The notes beneath the pieces are model-generated. The model searched no databases. It saw only the letters and a list, made by a program, of their open reading frames with translations, and was not told the DNA's origin. Source: Candidatus Omnitrophota bacterium (GTDB lineage: Bacteria; Omnitrophota; Gorgyraeia; Gygaellales; Profunditerraquicolaceae). Taken from it: a stretch of DNA of 64,000 nt. The position numbers and the translations under genes were made by a program. The stretch is from assembly GCA_022710715.1 (NCBI GenBank), contig JAKLGJ010000002.1, forward strand, positions 309,453-373,452, written 5' to 3'. Below, piece by piece: positions 37,501 through 49,500 of this stretch. The first letter of the stretch is position 1, and the number at the start of each line of letters is the position of its first letter.

Positions 37501-40500
37501 GCGCAGAACAATGCGTTCTCCGGCGGCAAGGGCGCGAATTTAAGCCATCTGGCCGCATTGAGCGGTTTGCTGCGCGAGCCTTCGGCTGCGGATATCGATC
37601 TAACCGTTCCGATAAGTTACATTGTTTCTGCCGGTGTTTTTCAATCCGTGGTCTTGAGCCGTCCGGAAACAGCGGCTAAGATCGAGAAGTTGGAAGCGGC
37701 TTCGGCCGCATTGGAAACGGCTGATGTCATTGAGGCCGTACGCCTGGAGGAAGAGATTGTTTCTCTCGCCAGAGCGATTCGTAATGACATCCTCTCGGTA
37801 GAGCTGCCTGCTGAAGTCAAAGAGGGATTGGCTGTTATATTCGCTGCCGCGGGGTACCGGGCTGCGATGCGCAGTTCGGCGACCGTCGAGGATTCCGACC
37901 AGAATTCCTGCGCCGGTCAGGCGAAGAGCGCCTTGAATGTGATTACTGCGGAACAGGCGGAATCAGAGCTGAAGCAGGTGTGGGCAAGTCTGTATGACCC
38001 AAGTTTCGTCCAATACCGCAATGACCGGAATGTGGGGCATGCCGGTTCTTTCATGGCAGTGGTGGTGCAGGAAATGGTCGATGCGAAAGTCGCCGGGGTC
38101 ATCCTGACACTGGAAGAGCAGTCGAAACGGTCCGCTTTCCGCGTGACCGCTAACTGGGGGCTGGGAGAATCCGTGGTGCAGGGAGATACCCAGACGGATT
38201 CCTGGCTAGTCAGCCCGGATGCCCGGTACCTGCTGGAATCACGCATCGGGGTCAAACACCTGAAGACCGAATATGACCCGGAGCGCGGCGGGGTGCGATC
38301 GGTTGCAACCAATACTGATGCTGCGGTCAGCTCGTTGTCCGATCAGCACGTCCTGGCCATATGCCGGGTGGCTAGGATGATACGTGATCATTACCGCGCG
38401 CACCGGCAGGTAGCTCACGTGGACATTGAATTCGCGGTCAGCAAAGGCGATAATAAGCTTTTTATCCTTCAGACCCGGCCGGTGACTTCCGGCGATATCA
38501 AAGAAACAATAACGATAAATACGGTGATCCGGGACCGTCAGACGGAGCCTGTTGCGGAAATAACCTTCAAGCAAGGTCTGATATCCAATAAAGGAGCTGT
38601 AACCGGACGATTGCAGGTTGTCGAACGGGCAGACGGCTTCGATGAAGTGCAGGAGGGGGTTATCCTGGTAGCATCCGCAACGAATAACAACTGGAACGCC
38701 GCGTTCAAGAAGATCAAGGCAGTGATCACGGATTTTGGCGACAGTAACTGTCATGCGGCGATCGCTTCCCGGGATGCCAAGCTGGGGCTGGATATACCTT
38801 CGCTAGTCGGGGCTAAAGACGCTACCGCCAGGCTTAAGCCCTATGAAGGGCAGATCGTGACCATTGATTCCCGTCTGCGCACAGTATTCATCGGGGAAAT
38901 GCCCATCGAACCCCTGGAAGTTGAAACGGCTCTCTGGCTGGAGGAGGCTCTTGCGATACGCAGTCAGTTCGAAGGTACGATGTGGCAGCGGTTGAAGGGG
39001 TATGCTAATGCCATGAGCGATTTTGAAGGACACTGGTTTGGCCGCCCGCGTATTCCCTATAGCTTTTTCCAGCTTGATTATTATGACCGTGCGCATGAAC
39101 GGACCGATCGGATACATACCGTGTTCGACTGGCCGGAAAACTCCTTTGAGGGCCCTGTCCCCGCGGTGGAAGCCTGGGGCAGGAAAATAAAGGACGATAT
39201 TATGTATCTGGAGGTCCGGGATGAACCGTACGATGCCCTGGGCGATTTCTTGAGCAGGTTAACCATCGACGGTTTTGAGTATCTTTTTGACCGGCGCTGG
39301 GAAGAGATACAGCGGATCGAACAGTTCACGGTCGGCCTGGAAAAGATCACCGCTTCCAACGCCGCAGATGTGTCCGCCCTGCTGGTAGAAAGCCTCTTCT
39401 GGTCATCCCTGGCTTTTGCGATCAAGGACGCTTTGCTTGAACGCTATGTGAATCCGCAATTGCGCTATATTTCCGACGAGCGCGACGAATCGGGGTATTC
39501 CTACCAGGAGATCATGAAGGACCTTGCGCTGGAGCGCAGGTATCCCGATCGCACGCGCAGCATCGAATCCGCCTACGCCCGGGAACGGGAAAGTATCCTT
39601 CAGGAGATTTTCGGAAATCCCTCTGCCCGGGCGCTGCTGATAGCCGGAGACTACCAACGGTTTGCTGCCGGCTATCCGGGTTTCATGTCCCGGCTTGAGG
39701 CATTGTCCGCATCGTACAAATTCGGCACCGAGGACGTCAGGGTTCTTTCCGATACCCGCCGCTATCTTGAGAGTTTCAGGAATACCCTCGCCAACTACTC
39801 TCCGGATCGCAGGGCGTTGCAACCGGTCAGCCCGTTGAGAATGAACACCGCGGAAGATGCTCTGAAGACCTATCCCAGTCTGGAGAGGATCCTGGCTTTA
39901 GCCAAGCATAACGAGGATGTCAGGAACGATATGCACCACATTATTCTCAGGCTGCAGAGGAAGATCGCTCCCCTGATGACAGGGATAGCCGGGAGCTTTC
40001 CGGATATCTTCGATTCCGCGGAAGATATATTCAGGATCTCTACGGTTGAGCTCGAGGCTCTTCTGCACGATGATCATCCGTACTACCTGCGCCTGACTCC
40101 GTATCGATACAGCCTGACGACAGAAGCGGAACAGGCATTGGAATCAGCATGGTTCGAAAACAGGGCAGCGGCTTTAGAAGAGTACCGCACCTCGGTCGAA
40201 CGGATTGCGGTTATCCTGGAACAGCAGATCGGTCAGGCGGCATATCTGCCGGTCAAGGAGTATTATGCGCAGGAACGCGACCGATTGTATCGCCGCGTGC
40301 TGAGGCTGGAACAGCTTGATGGCGGAGCGGCATCCGGACGGCCGAACAACCGCATCCGGGTGCTGTGTCTGGGCGATTCCATCACCAAAGGTTCGCACGG
40401 CCGGCATCGGCCGGACGTCTTCGGTTACAGAAAAACGCTTCAGCGTTTGCTGGGGATGCAGGACTACGAGTTAGTCGGGCCGTACCGTAATCCGCCCCTC

Positions 40501-43500
40501 GAACCTGGCTATTTGGTCCGGCACGCCGGCAGGAGCGGAGACACCACCGCGGACATCCTGGACCGGCTCGAGCAAACTCTTGCGGATTATCTGCCGCCCC
40601 GGGCCGGCAGTCCGTCGATGATCCTGCTGCATGCCGGCACCAATGATTGCGGTCTGATGACTATGGGAGAGCCCGTTAGCGCCGGTCAGATAGCCGAAAA
40701 TCTCCGAACAATTCTGTCGACCATTGACCGTTTCGATCCGTCTATCGCCGTTTATACCGCTTCGATCGTGCCGAGTTCTTATCTGCCCATGGACCTGAAC
40801 ATCCGTGATTTTAACCGTGAGTTGGACGCTGTCATCAGCGGCATGCAGGTGCGTAAGAATAACCTTTATTCTGTTGACATGTACAGTGTTTTCGTAAATA
40901 ATGAAAGCTGGAAAACAGCTTATCTGGCGGATGCGATCCATCCGTCCGACGTCGGCTATGCGGTCATGGCCGGCGTATGGTATAAAGCAATTTGTCCCGG
41001 CGCTACCCTCGACTTCTACCTTACCGTGGCTGGTGGGGAAGTAGATGGTGTTCACAGCGCCGGGGCATTTTTATTCCCCGGCGATCCGGCTCCCGACGGC
41101 GGGAAGAACAGCGAAATTCCCCTGCTCTGGGAAGGCGAAGTGTTCTGGGTCGAACCGTTCTCTACGCGTGAAGTCCATTGCGCTCTCTGCGGCAAATATT
41201 CATTCTCTCCTCTCGGCTGTGTTGTGCTCAACCGCATCCAGATGTATATCGTAAAATGCGACAACGACGGTTTTATGTGGCTTAATCCCCAGCCCAACGG
41301 CCGCTTCTACGAACAGCTTCACGGCAAGGAATATTTTATTTCCTCCAACAAAAGCCCGGCGTTGATGGAGCAGGTCGGCATCGTCGAGATAGGCAATGAT
41401 GAAATGGCGGCGCAGCGCGCGCGCGTGGCCAGGATACGGGCGGATGAACTGGAAGCGGCCTGGGGAAGAGAGGGGAGCGCGCTTGAGATCGGCTGCGCCA
41501 GCGGCTTTGTGCTTACGGAACTGAAAGCCCGCGGCTGGAAAGTGCAGGGCGTCGATATTTCCGACTACATCATAAAAGTGGCCGGGCGCAGAGGGCTGAA
41601 AGGACTGGTGCATGCCGTCGAATTGAAGAATATGCATTATCCGCCGGATGCTTTCGATGCGGTGCTGATGTACGACGTGCTGGAGCATGCGCCGAATCCG
41701 TTTCAGCTGTTGAGGATCGTCCGGCGGATCCTGCGTTCATCCGGGGTATTGATCGCTCGTCTGCCCGAAACGCCGGAAAGCGGGCCGCAACTTCATTTGA
41801 TCGACCATATCAGCCATTTTACCCGCGGAAATATCGTCGAATTGCTGGAGAAAGCCGGTTTCCGCATCGAGTCGATAGAGAATTCCGGGCTTTTCCAGGG
41901 CAGCGCAGGAAGGACGATTCAGAATATCACGGTCATTGCCCGGCCGGGTCAGGATGGGGGTAAGAGCAGTGTCAGCAGGAAGAACCCCATACGTTTATTC
42001 GTCTATGGAACGCTTAAAAAAGGACATCACAACCATTCCCGTCTGGGTCCGGCCAGGCTGGTGGCGAACAATGCCCGCATGGAAGGGTTCATTCTTTACG
42101 AGCATATCCAGGGTTGGTATCCTTTCGCGGTCGTAGAAGAAGGATCGTATATCACCGGAGAGATCTATGAAGTGGGGCAACGGGAATATATGAATACCCT
42201 GGTCATCGAGAAAAGCGGCGGTTACGAGGTGTGGGAATCCGACGGTGTCAGGATGTTCTATCTGCCGCGGACTTTGCTGGAGTACTTTATCCGGGAAGGC
42301 CGGATCGCCGCCAAGCCGGTAGGGCATACCTGGACGGACCGTTACGATCCGGTGGGCTATCCGAATTGGTGGCGCGACGGCGGGGCGGATCCGGTAACGG
42401 TAACGGACATCCAGGATGTGTTGGCCATGCTCCGGCCGCGTATCACGGAGAAACGCCGGTATGCGAAAACCCCGTTTTTGATCTTTGTTGCCGGCAAGTC
42501 CTGCTCCGGAAAAACCTCGGTCGTTTCGAATGTGTTGAAGAAAGAGTTCCAGGCTAAGGTGCTCAATATGGATAGTTATTATCTGGGCAGAAGCTATATG
42601 AAGAAGAACGGCCTGGATAATTACGATGTTCCGGAAGTGTTTGACTGGAAGCTTTTCCGCAAGCAGCTGGAGCAGTTGAGCCGGGGCAAAACCGTGCAAG
42701 TCCCGGAATATTCATTCGCCAGAGGCGAGAGGGAAGGATATGTAAACTTTTCGCCTGCTCCGGTGATCATCGTGGAGGGGCTGTTCACCCTGGATAATTC
42801 CATCAGTCATCTGGGCGATTTCGGCATTTTCGTCGATGTGGGCAAGCTCGGCCAGTTGCTGCGCCGCGTCAATCGCGATGCGGCTGCGCAGGGGATCAGG
42901 TATGTTCTCAAGCAGATGTTTACCCAGGTAATTCCCGCCCAGGACGCGTATCTGGAACCGACCAAAAAGAATGCCGACGTTATTCTGCTCAACGATTACA
43001 ATGCGGATGAGGAAGCGGAAAAGATCGGTGTTTACGAATTGCAGGCCAAGGCTCGGATCGGATCCTCGATCGCCATCGAACAGGCTATTCGCGTTTTGGG
43101 CGCCAAACCGACGGCGCAGGCGCTCCAGGTGGATTCATATTATGCGCCCCGGGACAAAAAGCTGCGAGAAGCGCACGAGACGTTGCGTATACGCATCCAG
43201 GATCATCAGGTAAGCGCGACCTACAAAGGACCGCTCTTGCCGGCGGCGATGAGTTATCGGCCGAAACTGCTTTTCGCTTTTGAAAAAGAATGGATCCCTT
43301 ATGTGGAGAAGGATTTTTCTTTACAGGCCAGAGTGGTCAAGACCAGAAAGATCTTTACCTGCGGGGAGCTGTTCATTCACCTGGACCAGGTCGAAAATCT
43401 GGGCGCGTTTATCGAGATCGTCAGCACGCACCTCGGGTCCCAGCAAGCGATACAGGCGCTTCTGGCGAAACTCGGCATTGCGCAAGGCGCCCTGATCAGA

Positions 43501-46500
43501 GAAAGCTATTTCGAGCTTAGTCAGCGGCAGCGCAGTCAGGAGCAGGACGGCGGCAACGACGAATCGCACGCCCGGCTGGTTGAGACGCTGCGGATCATGG
43601 AACAGGCATACGGCATCGTGGGCAGGTCGGGTAAAAAACCTGACCGCGTCGCGCGCGTTTTCGCCGCAGCCGAAGAAGCGTTCTTTGCCGCGCAGAAAAA
43701 ACTTCCCGCTGCGCGCCGGCTGGCCTATCACGATCTGCGCCACGCGGCGGAAACGGCTTTGTTCGTGGCTCGCGCGCTTGAGCAGGAACGGTCTTTCCGG
43801 CAGGCGGGATTCGGATATCAGGTCATGGAGCTGGCGGTGATCGCGGCTCTGGTCCACGACAGCGGGTACTGGCGTCCGGAATGGTGGAAATGCGCGGCTG
43901 TCCACGAAGAAGAATCCAAAAAGTTCCTGGAGCGGCCGGATATGCGGCGCTTCTTTTCGGAAAAAGACCGCGCGATCGTGGCGGAGATGATCGAATTCAC
44001 CAAATTTTTCGGAGAGGAAAATGCTCCCGGCAGGATTTATTCCCGGGTGAATCTTTCGCCGACGTACAAAATCGCCGGGACGCTTCTGGGCATAGGCGAC
44101 CTGCTTACGGTGTACGGCGAGGACGCGATTATCGAGAAAGGAAAAGAGTTAAACCGTGAGATGGAAGCGTCCGGGCAGGGGATAGCGTCGGAGCGGTTGT
44201 ATGTGGAATGGAATGCATTCTTCGAGCAACAGGTCATTCTGCGGCTGGGGGCTTTCGGGAAGATCTACCGGAGAGAATACCTGCGTCCGTACCGGAACAG
44301 ATTGTGGATCAATCACCGCATGATCTCCGCGCTGGCCCGGATGCAGATTTTTCGCGGTAGAAACCCTTCGGATACGATCGCATTGTATCCGGGGTATTTC
44401 AACGGTCCGTCCGATTCGACGCGGGATGTGGTCAGGATCGCCCGGAGCATATTCGGCAAAGTCATCGTGGTGGTTTTGCCGGAAGGTCTGCAGGATGCGG
44501 AATCGCTTGAAGACAAAAGGCGCGCAATGGTCAAACTGCTGCAGCCGGATGACTGGAATTTCCGCTCGGTTCGGGTTATCGCTTTGCCGCGACCGGAACT
44601 GATCGAAGAGCTGGCCGCAGCGGTGAACGCGCGCATCCTCATCCGCCGGCTACGCTCCCGCGTGCCGCAAGAAAAGCTGGCTGCGGAGGCGGCGAATGCC
44701 AGGATCAATTATCAGCGGTTCGGGCTGGAGACCTATTTTGTGATCCCGGCGAACAGGTTCCTGATCATCGAGGATAACCTGCTGGCTAAATATCAGGCGG
44801 CATTCGAAAAAATGCTCGGGTTAGCCCCGGGCAGCCGCGATATCCGTTCGGATGAGTTCGCATCGCTTATCCGGGAATACAACCTGAACCGTTTCGCTCC
44901 CCGGGGATTGCCGGTCAGCGACAAAAAAGCATTCTATGTGGGAAGTTTCGATCCGGTCACTCTGGGGCATCTGGAAGTGATCAGGCGTCTGAAAAGGGAT
45001 TTTCACCGGGTTGCGGTGGGGATCGGGGTCAATCCGGATAAAAAAGAAAACGGAATGTTCGCGTCCGAAGAGCGGAAAGTCCTGATCGAGCGCGCCCTGG
45101 CCGATGCAGGGATAACCGGAGTGGAGGTGGTGATCTACGAGGGCAATACCGTTGACCAGGCGCGTAAGCTGGGCGCAGGAGTTCTGGTCAGGGGAGTGCG
45201 TTCGGTCAAGGACCTGAAAGAAGAGCTGGCCTGGAAATTCGCGAATGCGCTGCTTGACGACGGGATCAAATCCCTGATCGTGGTTCCCTATACCTATACC
45301 AGGGTCAGCTCGAGCGCAGTGAAGCGCAGTCTGGCCGCGGGGATGGATGTGGAGGATGTCGTTCCGGCTGCAGTGGCCAGAGCATTGCAGGTCAAACAGC
45401 GGTTTTTGTTAGATGATGACCAGCGTGATGGGGGAGAGTTTCTTCAGCAACAGATGGAAGAACTCAAGGCGCAGGCGCAATCGGATCCCGCGCATGCGGT
45501 AGCTATCCTGGAAGCACGGCTGACCGATAATAAAGCCCATCCGGATCTGCGCAATCTGGCCGCGGATATGCTCCTGGAATTCGGCGATCCGGCTGCTGTG
45601 GGAAGCCTTTTGATCGTTTTGCTCGGCGATACCGGCACGCAGCATCGCGTGCGCTCGCACGCTGCCGAGTTGCTCGGCCGGATGAAGGAGCAGGCAGCCC
45701 TGAATGCGCTGATCCGCTCGCTCGGGGACGGGAATAATTACGTGCGTTCCCGGTCGGCTTGGGCGCTGGGAGAACTGGGGATTGCCGGCGCAGGCCGCCC
45801 GCTGCACAGAGCTTTGCTTGCGGAAGATAATACCTACGCTATCCAGCAGATCATTTATGCTCTGGGCAAATTGCGTTACGCGAGCGCCTGCAATGATATC
45901 GTGCATATTCTGAAAACCGGACTGGCGCCGGTTCGTATCGCCGCGGCACAGGCGCTGGGAGAGATTCGCTGCGCGCAGGCGGTAAAATCATTGATCGGCG
46001 TATTGAGCGATCCGCATGAAGCATTCCGAACGAGGGCCAACGCCGCTTTCTCGCTCGGGCAACTCGAAGATTTGCGGGCGGTCGAACCGCTGATCGACGC
46101 TATCTGGTCCGAGCACGATACTACTATACGCAAACAGGCGGCCAGAGCGCTGGGTATGCTCAAGGATAAAAGAGCGGTCAGCGCTTTGATCACTGCGCTG
46201 GAAGACGAAAACCAATTTGTCCGGGAGAACGCTGCCTGGGCGCTGGGAGAATTAACGGACAGGCGGGCGCTGGACCCTCTGCGCGTCGCTTTGCGCGATA
46301 TGAATGATTTTGTCAGCGAAGAGGCTGCGCGCTCCCTGGGCCGGATGGCCAGGGGCGGCCATCCGCGGGCAGTGGACATCCTGATCCATGGATTAGCCGC
46401 GGATAAGACAGTCCACATTGCGTACGCGGCGCTGGGGCTGGGTTTAACCCGCAACAAGAGGGCGGTATTTCCTTTGATCGGCATGCTCAATCATCCCGAT

Positions 46501-49500
46501 CCCGATGTGCTTTTTTACGTTATCTCGTCATTGGGATCTTTGCGGGACCGCCGCGCGCTTGAGCCGCTGCTGGAGCTTCGAAGCAGGATATCCGACGAGA
46601 GGGTATTGTTCGCCCTGAAACGGTCGCTGGCGCGGCTTGATGCGCGCGCTCCGATCATGTCCGGCGAAGGGAACGACGGCGGAGCGGTTACCGTAGAGCG
46701 GTATTTCCAGGATAAGGGCAATTTCATCACTTTTACCACGCAGGAGCTCAAGGAGGGACGGCCGGTGCAGGTCGCGCCCGGCCAGATCGTTCTGATCAAA
46801 GCGTTCCCCCGGGCGTTCGACGAATACCCGCAGTTGGCGCTGCAGACCGAGCTGGCCGTAGACCAGGTCGCTTTTGCGACCCGGGCATTCACCCGGGAAG
46901 GGCAGGTCATTTTGATCCTGCGGCATCTTGATACGTTCACTCGCCAGCAAGACCTGTATGAAGCGCTGGAAGATATGTACGCCATCATGCGGGGTAAATC
47001 CGAGATCTCCGAAGACGAGCTGGAGACTTCGGAGGGGATGTTCTTCCCGAATATGTACGATCAGTCGCCGCAGGCACGCTGGCTGCGGGATCAGGCAGGC
47101 GCAGCGGTAAAAGTCAATTTTACGCCCCGCCAGAATATCAGCGTGAAAGTGGGGCTGGATGGCGCGCACATACGCGTTCGCGCCGCTATGGATTCGCAGG
47201 AAATGGCTATGGGCATTCATCAGTCGACCTATGAGTCCTGGTCCGGGCGAAAAGGGCTGTTGGTGCTGGACAACGGGCACGCTTATATTGCCGGCGGCCT
47301 GCCGGAATTCTACAAAGAGAAGATGCTGTACTTTTTCAATCAGAGGCTCCAGGCGATCAAAGGATTCCAGAATCAGGCGCCGCCGGCTTTGCGCGACCTT
47401 CCTCTGCCTGCCCGCGCCGCCATTCTTCTGACCACCAACGATAAATTCGTCTCCTCTTTCGGGATCGCCGACGTGAATATCCAGCAGCACATCACCGACA
47501 GCTATCCCAGCGACACCATCGTCATCCACATAAGCGCTTTTGACCTGGCCGAACCCTTGCTCGAAGATCTGCTGTTGCGCAAGCTTATCGCCGCCGGCAC
47601 GCAGGACAACCGCGCGTCTTACGAAGCGATGATGGCGTATCTGGACCTTGACCGGCCCGCGTTGGCCAGGCTCATCCAGGCGATACAGCAGGAGAAACGT
47701 TCGGTCGCGCCGTCTTATCAGCAGGCGCTGATCAAGCGCTTTTTGACGGGTAACGGACTGGTGCAGGCATTTGCCAGGGCGTATGCTTTCAAGTCCGGCG
47801 CCGGGCAAGACGCGGAGGCGGTTTCAGCGATGCTCGAAGCGGTGGTGGAATCATTCGTCCAGGAGCCCGATCCATACAGTCTTTCCGGCGCAGCGCTGGT
47901 GAGCGTGCGCGATGTTTCGGTTACCGCCGGCCGGTTGAGTTTCTCTTTACAGAAATTGCTCAAGCTGATCTCTCTGTCCGGCCTGGTCCATGACGCTGAT
48001 ACGGCCGGCGCTCCGGTCGATTCCATCAGGTTGTTTATCCCGGGCGCGCAGGCGGGCGCGTTCACGCTGATCAGGATCAGGAAAACGGAGAACGGGTTCT
48101 GGCAGGCCGAATCCCGCAGCTTCCTGAACGCCGAGATCATCAGCGAGGGCAAAGCGGTCCCGCTGGCCCGGATCGCAGAAAAGATTTTCAGCGCGGATAG
48201 AGTCCTGGATGGCGGCGTGCGGATCATCGACACGCAGGCGGTCGCGCAGGCGCTGGAGGAGAGCGCTTCGTGTTATTCCGATCATACCTGGGAGTTCGAA
48301 TTCGGGACACACCGGCCGGACGCCGAAGAAATCGGACAGTTCGTCCGGGGATGCGCGTGCGTTAATCGGCATCTGTATTGGGGCGACAGCGTTGATTTCG
48401 AAACGCTTCTTTTCAACCTGGCGTACATATTCCGGCTTGACCAGCGCCAGTCCGGCGCGGTCAGGCGGCAGAATCCTTACCGTCTGGTCCAGCGAAAAAA
48501 TCTGGGGGAATTTCAACGGTTAGTGCATGCGTACGGGATATTGTCCCGCGCAGATCCGCACTATCGCGCAGGGTATGTGTACGCCGGCATTTATATCCCG
48601 CAGATGTTCGAATCCGGGAATCATCGTATCGGTCTCCTTGCCGCGGACTATGTATTGTTGCGCGGGGCTCTGGAGCCGTATTCCCTCACCGGAGATTCGG
48701 CGGGAGCATTCTTCGATATCTCGGCAAGGATATATATGGATAACGATGTCGAGCTGGGGGCGCGGCGCTTCGCGGGATTCCTGCAGCAATACGGCTCGGC
48801 GCGTTTTATCTGCGACGGAGGCAGCGAGCCGGAGCCGCCGGTCCGCTCCATCATCCGCGGCAGAGTGGTAAATAATGAAGTGATCGTTGATCTATGCGAA
48901 ATCCCTGGGGTCGACCCGGACGAAATCTCCGAAAAAATGTCCGCCGTCCTGATGGTTTTGAAGAAACACAAGGTCTGGGGTTTTGTTTACAGCCGGACCC
49001 ATCCGGCGGATTTCGCCTTCATTTTCGACGGCAGCGAGAAGGGCGTTTTTACCACCTGCTCCAGCCCGGAGGGTATCTCACTGCCCGCAGCGGTGTTAAA
49101 GAATCAGGCCCTGCTGATGTTCGTCCTGCGTCATAAACTGCATTGCGACCGTTGCCTGATCACTGACGGCTGCGGGGCGGAAGTCCTGCACGGCGATATG
49201 TGTTTTTTCCTGCGCTTGCCTGCTACCGAGCGTCAGACGATTATTGACGGTCTGCAGCAGTATGCTTATCCCGCCCAGAAGAATCTTGAGCAGATACATG
49301 AATCCCTGAAGAGCCTGGTCACCGGACAGGCAGATGCGGTGATAGCTGTGGGCCGGATATTCCAGTTATTATACGGCAGTCCTTTGCGGGAGTTCTATCC
49401 GAATATGGAATATCTCAATCAGGCTGTTCCGGCAGTCTTCAAGGCTTTCGAAAAGAAACACGTAGAGATTCCCGAAGGAAGGATCGTCGGTCTGATCGTT

